NCBI GenBank assembly: GCA_963729895.1
Contig: CAVSQB010000009.1
Location: 1-64,000, forward strand
Length of the DNA: 64,000 bases
Reading direction: 5' to 3'
Source of the DNA: an uncultured Fibrobacterota bacterium
GTDB taxonomy: Bacteria; Fibrobacterota; Chitinivibrionia; Chitinivibrionales; FEN-1185
The position numbers and the translations under genes are program-made. This document shows, piece after piece, positions 32,577 to 42,581 of the stretch. The number at the start of each line of letters is the position of its first letter. Within the stretch, counting starts at the first letter, position 1. The notes beneath the pieces were generated by a model. It had not been told where the DNA came from, did not search any database, and was given only the letters and a program-made list of their open reading frames with translations.

Positions 32577-34349
32577 ATGCCGGCCATAACCATCAACAAT
32601 ACGCAGGTTACCGTTCCGGAGGGAACAACCATTCTCGCAGCTGCAAAGCGCGCGGGAGTTCACATACCCACGCTTTGTTTTCTTGAAGGACTCGACGCAA
32701 TCGGCGCATGCCGCATCTGTGTCGTGGAGGTTGAAGGCGCAAAGAGCCTTGTTGCCTCGTGCTCCGTCCCGGTCACGGAGGGTATGAAAGTCAGAACCAA
32801 TTCCAAGCGCGTTCGCGAAGCGCGCCGCACCGTGATGGAATTGCTGCTTTCCGAGCACGACGGAGACTGCCAGACCTGCGAGCGGAACGAAGACTGCGAG
32901 CTGCAGAAAATAGCAAGCGACCTCGGCATCCGCTCGGTGCGGTATGCAGGCGAGAGGACCTCGGCTCGTCTTGACGAGAGCACGCCGGGGCTGGTGCGCA
33001 ACAACTCCAAGTGCATCAAGTGCAGGCGATGCGTTGCGGTATGCAACAACACGCAGAAGGTCGGCGCGTTGTTCCCGCAGTGGCGCGGCTTTAAGACCGT
33101 TATCGGGCCGGCGTTCGCTTCGGATCTTGGCAGCGTGACATGCGTTCAATGCGGCCAGTGCGCCGCCGTCTGCCCTGTCGGCGCAATAGTGGAACACAGC
33201 CACATCCAGAAAGTCTGGGACGCGCTCGAGGATCCGAAAAAAACCGTTGTGGTGCAAACCGCCCCGGCGGTTCGCGCAGCGCTCGGCGAGTGCTTCGGGT
33301 ATGAACCCGGAACCCTTGTGACAGGCAAAATGGTGTCGGCCCTGCGGCGTCTCGGGTTTGCTACCGTATTCGATACCAATTTCACCGCAGACCTTACCAT
33401 CATAGAAGAAGGAACCGAACTCCTCACCCGTCTCAAGAAAGCTATCCTGGACAAGGAACCGGTTGCGCTTCCGCAGTTTACAAGCTGCTCGCCCGGATGG
33501 ATCAAGTATGTGGAACATTTCTATCCGGAACTTCTCCCCAACCTTTCCACCTGTAAATCGCCGCAGCAGATGTTCGGCGCGCTTGCCAAAACGTACTGGG
33601 CGCAGAAAGTAGGCAAGCGGCCTGAGGAGATCTTTGTCGTGTCGATCATGCCGTGCACCGCCAAGAAATTCGAAGCCGCCAGGCCCGAAATGAACGACAG
33701 CGGGTCGCAGGACGTTGACGCTGTGCTGACCACACGCGAACTGGCCCGCATGATCAAACAGGCCGGCATCGACTTTGCGGGGCTGGAAGACGACACGTTC
33801 GACCGTGTGATGGGCGTATCCTCGGGAGCGGGCGACATTTTCGCCAACACCGGCGGCGTCATGGAAGCGGCGCTGCGCACCGCATACGAAATTGTGACCG
33901 GCAGGCCGCTCCCGTTCGATCTCCTGCACGTGCAGCCGATAGCCGGACTCGAAGGCATAAAGGAAGCGCGGCTCACCATCACCGGCACCGTGCCCGAATG
34001 GTCGTTTCTCGAAAACGTGACCCTGAGCGTTGCCGTGTCGCACGGCCTGGGAAATGCGCAGAAGGTGATAGAGCGGATCACGTCCGGCAAGGCCGCATAC
34101 CACTTTGTCGAGGTCATGACCTGCCCGGGCGGTTGCATCGGCGGCGGCGGTCAGCCCCGGCTCACCAATGACGCCAAACGGAAGCAGAGGATCAAGGCAA
34201 TTTACAAAGAAGATGAAAGCAAGAAACTGCGCAAGTCGCATGACAATCCGAAAGTGAAACAGGTGTATGGAGAATTTCTCAAGATTCCGCTTGGAGAAAA
34301 ATCACACCACCTGTTGCATACCACCTATACGGTGAGGGAACGCGTATAG
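32577..34349 (+). CDS. hydA: group A [FeFe]-hydrogenase catalytic subunit
   Basis: [2Fe-2S], His-ligated and two [4Fe-4S] motifs; H-cluster motifs FTSCSPGW, MPCTAKKFE, EVMTCPGGCIGGGGQP; C-terminal HHLLHT. Confidence 0.95.
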   Translation: MPAITINNTQVTVPEGTTILAAAKRAGVHIPTLCFLEGLDAIGACRICVVEVEGAKSLVASCSVPVTEGMKVRTNSKRVREARRTVMELLLSEHDGDCQTCERNEDCELQKIASDLGIRSVRYAGERTSARLDESTPGLVRNNSKCIKCRRCVAVCNNTQKVGALFPQWRGFKTVIGPAFASDLGSVTCVQCGQCAAVCPVGAIVEHSHIQKVWDALEDPKKTVVVQTAPAVRAALGECFGYEPGTLVTGKMVSALRRLGFATVFDTNFTADLTIIEEGTELLTRLKKAILDKEPVALPQFTSCSPGWIKYVEHFYPELLPNLSTCKSPQQMFGALAKTYWAQKVGKRPEEIFVVSIMPCTAKKFEAARPEMNDSGSQDVDAVLTTRELARMIKQAGIDFAGLEDDTFDRVMGVSSGAGDIFANTGGVMEAALRTAYEIVTGRPLPFDLLHVQPIAGLEGIKEARLTITGTVPEWSFLENVTLSVAVSHGLGNAQKVIERITSGKAAYHFVEVMTCPGGCIGGGGQPRLTNDAKRKQRIKAIYKEDESKKLRKSHDNPKVKQVYGEFLKIPLGEKSHHLLHTTYTVRERV

Positions 34350-34366
34350 ACGGAATTAAGACAGGA

Positions 34367-34396
34367 TTCACCGCAAAGACGCGAAGAACGCAGAGA
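34367..34396 (+). repeat. solo CGCAAAG-type arm
   Basis: TTCACCGCAAAGACGCGAAGAACGCAGAGA, 17 nt after the hydA stop. Confidence 0.75.
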
Positions 34397-34453
34397 AGAA
34401 ATAAGAAGATGAAATGGGGGTTTTACCGTTGCGGGAAAATATACCGATTCCAG

Positions 34454-34482
34454 CGTCATTGCGAGCGGAGCGCGGCAATCTC
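34454..34482 (+). repeat. GTCATTGCGAG...GCAATCT REP-like half element
   Basis: CGTCATTGCGAGCGGAGCGCGGCAATCTC hairpin; single copy in the window. Confidence 0.45.
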
Positions 34483-34566
34483 CGGTTGCTATTTTAGGAA
34501 AGAAAAGTCTTGTGCAGAAAACAAACGTGACAAATAGAAATCCACTCTAACAAACGAGGTGCTTGT

Positions 34567-34953
34567 ATGAACAACAAGATTCTTGTCGTCGACGACGACG
34601 TCGATTTCGTAGAAGCCACCACTACCCTGCTGGAAGCCAAAGGCTACAGTGTTGTGAGCGCGGCAAACGGTGAAGAAGGCTATGCAAAAGCGAAGGCCGA
34701 AAAACCGAACGCCATGCTGCTTGACGTGATGATGACGCACGACAGCGAAGGGTTCGACGTTGCCAGAAAGCTCAAGGAAGATCCGGCAACCAAGGGGATC
34801 CCTATTGTCATGATCACCGGAATCCGTAAAAGCAAGGCGCTTCCGTTCTCGTTTGAGCCGGATGATGACTGGCTGCCCGTTAGGGTGGTGCTGGAAAAGC
34901 CCGTGAAGCCGGATGAACTGCTCAAAACGGTGAAGGACGCGATTGCGTGCTGA
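34567..34953 (+). CDS. single-domain response regulator receiver
   Basis: ILVVDDD, LLDVMM, MITG, EKP. Confidence 0.92.
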   Translation: MNNKILVVDDDVDFVEATTTLLEAKGYSVVSAANGEEGYAKAKAEKPNAMLLDVMMTHDSEGFDVARKLKEDPATKGIPIVMITGIRKSKALPFSFEPDDDWLPVRVVLEKPVKPDELLKTVKDAIAC

Positions 34954-35189
34954 GACGCGATGCTGGAAAAGTTGCTTTTCGCATCAGGAAAAGATAGTTT
35001 TTTGAGGGTGAGCAGGTCTAAACGGTTCACACGGAGTAAAACGAACAGAACACATTGCAATCAAGACTCTCTAGTGGCAGGAAAATGACGGCGGTCCGCC
35101 CGACTGCTCGTGCTAAGATACTGTTCTGCAAAGAGAGTTCACAGTCGTAGTCCGGCATTGTACCATTGGCGCTGCCCCAGAAGACTTCC

Positions 35190-35714
35190 ATGACCAAGAA
35201 GAGGATCATTTTCATCATCGCGTCACTCGTGTTTATTTTTTGCCATTGGTACTTTGGAACAAGGGTATTCACTTTCTATTCCTATCCGATTTTTGATAAG
35301 CAACACTGGTATGCCGAACTATTGAAGACCTGGATTCACGACGAAGACAAGAAAAGGTTGCATGTTTGGAAAGACACCATTCCCGTTTTCATGTATGAAA
35401 GGAATATTGCATTGCCGAATGTGGAGGGCTTTACCATCATTTCACTCAATCCAAGATCGGCGGCATGGAACAGGTATCGCAACGGAAGATTTTGTCAGAT
35501 AATACAGGAAAAAGTCCATCGCACTCTGATGGGAAGAGAAATCAAATTAAGAATACGGGATAATTACAATGAGGATACGTCCGCATTCGATATCACGAAA
35601 TCGCGCATTTCCGTGCCGAGGGATTTGGACTTCCTGCTCATCGGGACTAAATACAGGTGGTCTATTCTGAAAGACGAAAAGGGAAAGGCCGGATCTTCAT
35701 CGCTTCATCTTTAA
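35190..35714 (+). CDS. hypothetical protein with N-terminal membrane anchor
   Basis: 174-aa ORF, AT-rich, KKR then a hydrophobic stretch; stop overlaps the next start (TAATG). Confidence 0.55.
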   Translation: MTKKRIIFIIASLVFIFCHWYFGTRVFTFYSYPIFDKQHWYAELLKTWIHDEDKKRLHVWKDTIPVFMYERNIALPNVEGFTIISLNPRSAAWNRYRNGRFCQIIQEKVHRTLMGREIKLRIRDNYNEDTSAFDITKSRISVPRDLDFLLIGTKYRWSILKDEKGKAGSSSLHL

Positions 35715-36715
35715 TGCACAGGCGCCTGCCGTGCCTGTTTTCCGTGTGCCTTGCATCGTGTATCCTTGCCCCGCTTGCATATTCACAAACATTCCTTGCC
35801 CCGGGCCGCCACAAAATCACCTTCAAGAGCAGTTACGATTCCACTTCGCAAACCGCGTACATCATTGTTCCTCAAAGCGCGAAACGGTCGTCGGCAGCAG
35901 TACCGGTTGTCGTTGCTTTGCACACCTGGAGCGCGAACGTGGAACAGCGCGACATGTACGGCGAACTTGAACGCCAGGCGCAGAAACGCGGCTGGCTGTA
36001 CCTGTTCCCGGACTTCCGGGGCGCCAACAACCACCCGCTTGCCTGCGGGTCAGACGCCGCTTGCCGCGACGTGATTGACGCGCTGGAATGGACCGTTGCG
36101 CATTTCACGGTGGATTCCAACCGCGTCTACCTTGCCGGAATGTCGGGCGGCGGGTACATGGCACTGCTGCTCGCCGCCCGCTATCCGTGGCGATGGACCG
36201 CGGTGAGCGCATGGGTGGGGATATCCGATCTGACATCCTGGTATGCGATGCATGCGCACCAGCAGTACGGCGACGACATGCGGCGCTGCTTCGGCGGTGC
36301 GCCGGAAAGCGGCCCGGACATTCGCGCCAGGTACCAATCGCGCTCTCCGCTTGCATTCCTGGCAATCGCCAGGAACGTCCCCTTCGATTTCGCGGCGGGC
36401 CGGGACGACGGCCACGGGAACAACCCGGTTCCCATTAGTCAAACGCTGGCTGCATTCAACGTCATTGCCCGGGCGCTGGGCACCGACACCGTTTCCGACG
36501 AGGAGACCACGCAGCTTTCCGCGTATGGCGGGAGGCTCTCCGCTCCGCACCCAAACGATACTGCGCAGGACCCTGTCTTTGCCCGGCGGATCTTCCTGCG
36601 CCGCTGTGCGGGTAACAGCCGCGTCACCATTTTCAGCGGCGGCCACGAATGGATCCCTGCCGCGGCGGCGGAATGGCTGGGAAATCATGTCGGGCTGGCA
36701 CCGGGCGGCAAATAG
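35714..36715 (+). CDS. secreted alpha/beta hydrolase (prolyl oligopeptidase/esterase-like)
   Basis: Signal peptide, VVALHTWS, PDFRG, nucleophile GMSGGG, C-terminal GGHE. Confidence 0.8.
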   Translation: MHRRLPCLFSVCLASCILAPLAYSQTFLAPGRHKITFKSSYDSTSQTAYIIVPQSAKRSSAAVPVVVALHTWSANVEQRDMYGELERQAQKRGWLYLFPDFRGANNHPLACGSDAACRDVIDALEWTVAHFTVDSNRVYLAGMSGGGYMALLLAARYPWRWTAVSAWVGISDLTSWYAMHAHQQYGDDMRRCFGGAPESGPDIRARYQSRSPLAFLAIARNVPFDFAAGRDDGHGNNPVPISQTLAAFNVIARALGTDTVSDEETTQLSAYGGRLSAPHPNDTAQDPVFARRIFLRRCAGNSRVTIFSGGHEWIPAAAAEWLGNHVGLAPGGK

Positions 36716-36761
36716 CGGCCGGAGTAAACGGTGTGAACGGTGATTACTGCGCTCGTCTCCC

Positions 36762-38141
36762 CTACTCCGTTATCGCCGGTTCAATTACCCGAAACCCTTT
36801 CCATTTCCCCCCTGCAAACCTTACCCACCACACAACAGCCTGAATCACCACAAACGCGGTCGCAATGAGCCATTCCGTAAACAACGTCCGATGGAAAACA
36901 TCCGCCGCTGCAAGCGCGACGATAAACCCGCCGTTCAGCACCAGAGAGGCAACCAGCGTCCACCGGGTGTCTCCGGCCGCAACAAGCGCGGCCACGAGCA
37001 CATAGTTCAACGCGTCAAGCAGGCAGTACAGCGCCACAAACCGCAGCAACATCACGCCAAGCCCGGCAAACCGGGCCAGCGATTCATGCGGCACTGCGTC
37101 GGCGGACACGAAAATGCCGAACAACTGCCGGGGAAACACAACGAAAACGACGGCCAGGGCGATCATCCACACCTGGGACAGAATGGTCCCCCGCAAAGTA
37201 GCTTTTGCGGAAATCTCGGGCCGCCGGGCGCCCTGGCCGTTTCCCACCAGAATCGCCACCGCCTGCGACAGGCCGATAACGGGGAAAAACGCGATGCCGT
37301 TTATCCTCCATGCAATGTTGGTGGCCGCAAGCTCTATGGCGCCGATGCGACCTACAAAAAACACAAAGACCGTCCATGCCGCCATTTCTACCGAAAACCG
37401 GATGCCGCCGGGAAATCCGAATCTCACAAGGCGGCCCAGCAGGTGCCAGTCCGGGCCGCGCGACCGCCACGTTGCCCATTGCCTGCGATTGGCCCGGCGC
37501 AGAAACGTCATGCCGAAAATCAAGGTAATGAGCGCCTGGGAAGAAACGGTTGCCAGCGCGGCGCCCGTAATGCCGAGTCGCGGCATGCCGAATTTGCCGA
37601 ATATCAACACATAGTCGAGCGTGCCGTTGACAGCGAGTCCCACGATATTCACGATCATCACCGCCCGTGTTTCGCCCCTGCCGGAAAAAAAACCGGACAG
37701 CGCGCTTCCGGCGACAAAGAAGAATGCACCGCAGCTGATGATGGTGAAGAACCTGACCTCCATGGCCTGAATAGGCGCGCTATGGCCAACAAAGGCAAAA
37801 AGCGGCTTTGCGCCGAACGCGACAAGTGCGAGCACAACGCCGGAAAATACCGAAAAGTAAATTCCCTGCCACACCGCCGAGGCAACCCGCTCCACCCGTT
37901 TGGCGCCGACATACTGGGCAACGAACGTGGAGGTGTACCCGGCCGTACCGGTGAATGCGCTTGACAAAAGCATTGCCGACATGAACGCCGGCACAACCGC
38001 GGCAATGGCGTCCGACGAGTACCACGAAAGGAAAATGGCGTCCATGAACTGCATGAGTACCACGCCGCTCATGGAAAGAATGAGCGGCGTGGCGAGCTTG
38101 AGGATGCCACGGTAGCTGACGGAGGCGTCGGTGCGAAGCAC
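36762..38141 (-). CDS. MATE family efflux transporter (start approximate)
   Basis: ILKLATP, MQFMDAIF, FVAQYVGA, LIFGKFGMPRLGITGAALAT, LVGNGQGA, GDT. Confidence 0.9.
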   Translation of the reverse strand: MLRTDASVSYRGILKLATPLILSMSGVVLMQFMDAIFLSWYSSDAIAAVVPAFMSAMLLSSAFTGTAGYTSTFVAQYVGAKRVERVASAVWQGIYFSVFSGVVLALVAFGAKPLFAFVGHSAPIQAMEVRFFTIISCGAFFFVAGSALSGFFSGRGETRAVMIVNIVGLAVNGTLDYVLIFGKFGMPRLGITGAALATVSSQALITLIFGMTFLRRANRRQWATWRSRGPDWHLLGRLVRFGFPGGIRFSVEMAAWTVFVFFVGRIGAIELAATNIAWRINGIAFFPVIGLSQAVAILVGNGQGARRPEISAKATLRGTILSQVWMIALAVVFVVFPRQLFGIFVSADAVPHESLARFAGLGVMLLRFVALYCLLDALNYVLVAALVAAGDTRWTLVASLVLNGGFIVALAAADVFHRTLFTEWLIATAFVVIQAVVWWVRFAGGKWKGFRVIEPAITE

Positions 38142-38194
38142 TATTTCAGTTTTCCGTTGATTAGGGTCGGCGAATGACAGGCATTCTTGCGTAA

Positions 38195-39319
38195 TTAATA
38201 TACGTGCGGAGGAACCGCCGCGGCGCATCGTGCCGCAAAATGCCTCGGATCACCCCATGCGTTCAGCGTGATGTCCCTGCCCAGGGACCGTATCCTTTGT
38301 TCGAGACAGGTCCTGCAAACATCCGCGTTTTCATCCAAACACGGTTTTCCCTCGTAAAGCTGGTATTCCCTGCGAACGCGGGGCGGCGTTGCCTGCGGCA
38401 TCACAACGTTGGCGCCGTGCTGCAAACCCAACTCCCTTCCGAGCGGTTCCATCGCCTGCAACGCGGTTGTGGATGCAATGTTCACATCACGGCATACGAG
38501 CCTGGCGACCGCGATCATTCGCAGCGCGAGATCGAACACCTGTTTCTTGCGACCGGCCGCTTCCTGTCCAAGCCCGGCCAGGGGGGTCTGTTTGTGAACG
38601 ATGTACGGCCCCATGCCGATCATGTCGACATCCTGCCGTTTGAAAAACAAAATGTCGTCTGCCAGATCCGCGATGGCTTGACTGGGCAGGCCGATCATCA
38701 CCCCCGTGCCGACCTGATACCCTATGTCCCGGAGACAGATCAGGCTTTGCATACGGGCATCGAATGTTTGCCCGGCCGGATGCAGCCGCGAAAAGAGTTC
38801 GGGCGACGACGTTTCGATTCTCAGCAGGTACCGGTGCGCGCCGGCCTCAAAGAAGCGCCGGTACGTTTCCGGCGTTTGTTCGCCCACGCTCAGAGTAATC
38901 CCCAGCCCCTGCGGAAGGCCGGCGCTTGCCGTTTTTGCCTTGATCGCGGCAACCACATCTTCCACAAACACAACGAATTGACCGTCACGGCGTTCACCGG
39001 ACTGCAGAACCATCGATCCGTATCCCGCCTCTGCGCAGAACACGGCGGCTTCGACGATTTCCTCTTTGGACAAAGTGTACCGGTTCACTGCCGCGTTGCT
39101 TCTCCGTATGCCGCAGTAGCGGCAGTCGCACCGGCACTCGTTGGAAAATTCCACAAGGCCGCGCAAATAAACGTTGGTTCCGCAATTATCAACAAGAGTA
39201 TGGAACGCGGCCCGGCGGACGGCCTCGGCGTCCAAAGGGTCGGTTGCGGACAGCAGGGCGATGATGTCGTTTTTGTCAAATGATTGCTTAGTGAGAATAC
39301 GAGTTATGTTGCTGGACAT
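38195..39319 (-). CDS. hydE: [FeFe]-hydrogenase H-cluster radical SAM maturase HydE
   Basis: RGLVEFSNECRCDCRYCG, LQSGE, ITLSVGE, RYLLRIET, STTAL, YQLYEGKPC. Confidence 0.93.
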   Translation of the reverse strand: MSSNITRILTKQSFDKNDIIALLSATDPLDAEAVRRAAFHTLVDNCGTNVYLRGLVEFSNECRCDCRYCGIRRSNAAVNRYTLSKEEIVEAAVFCAEAGYGSMVLQSGERRDGQFVVFVEDVVAAIKAKTASAGLPQGLGITLSVGEQTPETYRRFFEAGAHRYLLRIETSSPELFSRLHPAGQTFDARMQSLICLRDIGYQVGTGVMIGLPSQAIADLADDILFFKRQDVDMIGMGPYIVHKQTPLAGLGQEAAGRKKQVFDLALRMIAVARLVCRDVNIASTTALQAMEPLGRELGLQHGANVVMPQATPPRVRREYQLYEGKPCLDENADVCRTCLEQRIRSLGRDITLNAWGDPRHFAARCAAAVPPHVY

Positions 39320-39403
39320 CTGTTGCCCTTTAGCTAAGACATAGTTATACAAGAATCATTTGGATTGCTGAGCCGGTTCAGCCAGAGCTCTGGAAAAAGA
39401 TTT

Positions 39404-39540
39404 GGGCGTTTCCCTCGCTACGCTCGGGCCGGTCTCCCTCCGGGCTCGGCCGAAAGGCCTCGTTGCCACCCGCCCTACGCCTGTCGGCCGGGTCGGCCGG
39501 CAATCCCGCTTTGGCGGGACCGCTCCGGTCCACCTAACGC
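39404..39540 (+). repeat. repeat family A, copy 4
   Basis: GGGCGTTTCCCTCG...CTCCCTCCGGGCTCGG...CTCCGGTCCACCTAACGC, between hydG and hydE. Confidence 0.8.
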
Positions 39541-39621
39541 AAATCAAAACCAAAAAGTACGACACTCCTTTCCCTCAAAATTCACTTTCGCCTGTCAACT
39601 TTTGTTCGTCAACCGTTCTAT

Positions 39622-39794
39622 AGGTGCCCCGCACGAGTGCTTGCTTTCAGCAACCGCACTTGCTTGGGGGCCACCTGCAGAGGGGGCGTGGGTTCAGACA
39701 ACCGGCTACAATCGGTTCCGACAGTTGCAGCACGCCGGTTGACTGAACCTCAGGGGACGACGCTTGGAAGTACCCGACGGGGTAAACTTCCCCC
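39622..39794 (+). repeat. repeat family B, copy 2
   Basis: AGGTGCCCCGCA...GGGGGCCACCT..AGGGGGC...GGGTAAACTTCCCCC. Confidence 0.6.
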
Positions 39795-39831
39795 ATCAAA
39801 AAACCAATTCTCTAATCCATCATTTTTGATC

Positions 39832-41322
39832 CTAAAAATACAGGTCTCTCTCCCCTGCTTTTGTCCTCCCATAATTCTTCATGAATGCCTCATACACCAT
39901 CGGATTCCTTTCCCGTATTTCAGCTATTTCTTTGTCAATGACAACTTCTCCTGCCGCCTTTGTGGGCTCGCTTGCAAAATCATCCAGCCATTCCCGGAAA
40001 GTAATCACCGCGTTCAATTTGCAGAATTTGCCTTCCTGCCCGCTGCGCAGCAGATCCATGATGCATTTTCCCGTCCTTCCGCAACGGTATCCGGCGGTGC
40101 AGAACGAGGTGATGCAGCCCCGGTTTGCTAAATACCCGATGAGTTCGTCGAGCGAGCGGGTGTCGCCCAGAATAAACTGCTGGCGGTCCGGCTGCTGCTG
40201 TGGCTTCGCGTCGCTATACGCGCCAAGCCCCACTTTCGAGGACGCGTCCATCTGGGTGATGCCGAGGGGAACAAGGTTGTTTCGCATGTCGGCCGATTCG
40301 CGCGCAGTGAGGATCATGCCGGTATACGGAACCGCGAGCCTGAGCACGGTTATTGCCCGTCTGAATTCGTCGTCGGCGGGCGGATGCGGCAGGGCCGCGG
40401 TGAGCGGCGTGTTCTGCGCAGGCTCAATGCGGGGGAACGAAATGGTGTGCGGGCCGATGCCGAAAGTCCGTTCGAGCTCAATGGCGTGACAGAGCAGCCC
40501 CATCACCTCAAACTTCCATTTGTAAAGTCCGAACAGGGCGCCTATCCCGACATCCTCGATTCCCGCCTCCATGGCGCGATGCATGCAGTACAGCCGCCAC
40601 TGGTAATCCCCCTTGAGCGTGTCGGCCGGATGCATGGTGCGGTATGTCTCGTGGTGATACGTCTCATGGAACACCTGATAGGTGCCGAGGCCTACCTCGT
40701 GAAGGACCCGCAGGTCTTCCACGGTCATGGGCGCGGCATTCACATTGACGCGGCGAATGGAGCCGGACCCGTTTTTTGTTTTTGTTCGGACGCTGTAAAT
40801 TGTCCGAAGCGTCTCGGCAATATAGTCGGTATCGGACGCAGGATGTTCGCCATAGACCGCAATGAGCCGTTTGTGGCCGATCCCGCCAGCCAGGACCTCG
40901 GTCTCGCGCCGGACTTCGTCCTGCGTGAGAACGCCGCGTTTCATCTCGGCGTTTTCGTTTCTGAAACCGCAGTACCGGCAATTGTTGACGCACCTGGTGC
41001 TCATGTACAGCGGCGCAAATGTCACGATGCGGTTGTCATACACTTTTTTCTTTATGGCGAGCGCCGCCTCTTCCATTTCCGCAACAAGCGAGGGATCGCG
41101 CACGTTAAGCAGCGTTGCGGTCTCGGAGGGAGTCAGGGTCTGAATCGCGAGAGATTTCTGGATGATCGCGCGAACCGCCGCGGCGTCGCTCTTTGTGTTC
41201 TCGGCGAGAGCGCGTTCAAGTGCGCCATCGTCGATAAAATCCGTTGTCCCGGCCATGTATTTCACGCGCTGGCCACGGGGGATTCTTTTCTCGATCCACG
41301 AACCGATTGTTGTGGTACTCAT
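39832..41322 (-). CDS. hydG: [FeFe]-hydrogenase H-cluster radical SAM maturase HydG
   Basis: FAPLY...CVNNCRYCGF, GIGPHTISFPR, C-terminal CX5CX19C (CTAGYRC...FC), GERDLYF. Confidence 0.93.
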   Translation of the reverse strand: MSTTTIGSWIEKRIPRGQRVKYMAGTTDFIDDGALERALAENTKSDAAAVRAIIQKSLAIQTLTPSETATLLNVRDPSLVAEMEEAALAIKKKVYDNRIVTFAPLYMSTRCVNNCRYCGFRNENAEMKRGVLTQDEVRRETEVLAGGIGHKRLIAVYGEHPASDTDYIAETLRTIYSVRTKTKNGSGSIRRVNVNAAPMTVEDLRVLHEVGLGTYQVFHETYHHETYRTMHPADTLKGDYQWRLYCMHRAMEAGIEDVGIGALFGLYKWKFEVMGLLCHAIELERTFGIGPHTISFPRIEPAQNTPLTAALPHPPADDEFRRAITVLRLAVPYTGMILTARESADMRNNLVPLGITQMDASSKVGLGAYSDAKPQQQPDRQQFILGDTRSLDELIGYLANRGCITSFCTAGYRCGRTGKCIMDLLRSGQEGKFCKLNAVITFREWLDDFASEPTKAAGEVVIDKEIAEIRERNPMVYEAFMKNYGRTKAGERDLYF

Positions 41323-42578
41323 GACGTTTTCCCTTTGTTAATGCAAGCCCGGTTGAACGCATCCAACGCGGCCGGAAAAGGCTGCAGAACACGCTCGACA
41401 ACTCCCTGGATGAACGAAATGCACAAACCGTAATTCGTAACGGCCACGCCTGCCTCAACGGCCGTACGGATTCGCACCAGTGTTTCCCTTCGTGTCAACA
41501 TGCACGAGCCGCAATGCACCACAAGCTTGTAGTCGGCAAGGTCTGCCGGATAGTCGCGGCCGCAGGACACCTCGAAGGAAAGGTCGGCCCCGGTGTACTG
41601 CCGGAGCCATCGCGGAATTTTCACCCTGCCGATATCGTCCTGAAGCGCATGGTGCGCACAAGCCTCCGCTATAAGCACCCGGTCGCCGTTTGCAAGCGAA
41701 TCGATGGCGGCCAGACCTGCCGCCTGGGCGACAAGATCGCCTTTGCTTCGCGAAAACAAAATGGAAAACGTGGTGCACGGTACGGCAGTCGGCGTGTCCG
41801 CCACCATTTTCATCACCGCCTGGGAATCGCATACGACAATGTCCGGCCTTACCGACAATGTGCCGAGCAGCGACGCATATTCACGCTCTTTGACCACAAT
41901 AACCGCGGCATCGTTGTCCAACGCATCGCGGATGGTCTGCACCTGCGGCAGAATGAGCCGCCCCCGGGGCGCTCCAAGATCGACGGGCACAACCAGCACT
42001 GCGATGCCGCCCGGCGAAACCAGATCGCCCACCAGCGGAAGTTCCTGTGGCTGCGAACCTGCAGCGAGCATGGCAATGTTTTTCTTGAACTCATTGACGC
42101 ACGCGTCCCGTCCGGGCAGGTCAAGGCAGGAGGAAGTCATCACGGCGCCGCCCGCGCGCGCGCACTGCTCCAGAAATTCCGAAGATGCGGCGTTCATGTC
42201 TGCCTTGTTCGCAACGATCAGACATCCTGCGCCGCGTTTCTTCGCCTCCGCGCAGACCGAATCTTCATACCGCGTCCACAGGCCGCCGTCGGTCACAAGC
42301 ACAAACACATCCGCCCGATCAAACACGCCCTGCGTTTTTTTCAGCCGGGCTGCCGAAAGCGCCGATTCATCGTCCACGCCGGCCGTATCAAGGAACACCA
42401 CAGGTCCAACCGTGCCGAGTTCCATGGCCTTTTCCACCACGTCGGTGGTGGTACCGGGGATCGCGCTGGTCACGCTGATATCCTGGCCCGCAAGGTAATT
42501 GAGAAAACTCGACTTCCCCACGTTGGTCCTTCCGAATATCCCGATCTGCAGCCGCATCGATTTTGGAGTTGTTTCCAT
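41319..42578 (-). CDS. hydF: [FeFe]-hydrogenase H-cluster maturation GTPase HydF
   Basis: GRTNVGKSS, GTTTD, DTAG, NKAD, GRLILPQ, EACAHH, HCGSCM. Confidence 0.95.
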   Translation of the reverse strand: METTPKSMRLQIGIFGRTNVGKSSFLNYLAGQDISVTSAIPGTTTDVVEKAMELGTVGPVVFLDTAGVDDESALSAARLKKTQGVFDRADVFVLVTDGGLWTRYEDSVCAEAKKRGAGCLIVANKADMNAASSEFLEQCARAGGAVMTSSCLDLPGRDACVNEFKKNIAMLAAGSQPQELPLVGDLVSPGGIAVLVVPVDLGAPRGRLILPQVQTIRDALDNDAAVIVVKEREYASLLGTLSVRPDIVVCDSQAVMKMVADTPTAVPCTTFSILFSRSKGDLVAQAAGLAAIDSLANGDRVLIAEACAHHALQDDIGRVKIPRWLRQYTGADLSFEVSCGRDYPADLADYKLVVHCGSCMLTRRETLVRIRTAVEAGVAVTNYGLCISFIQGVVERVLQPFPAALDAFNRACINKGKTS

Positions 42579-42581
42579 GTG

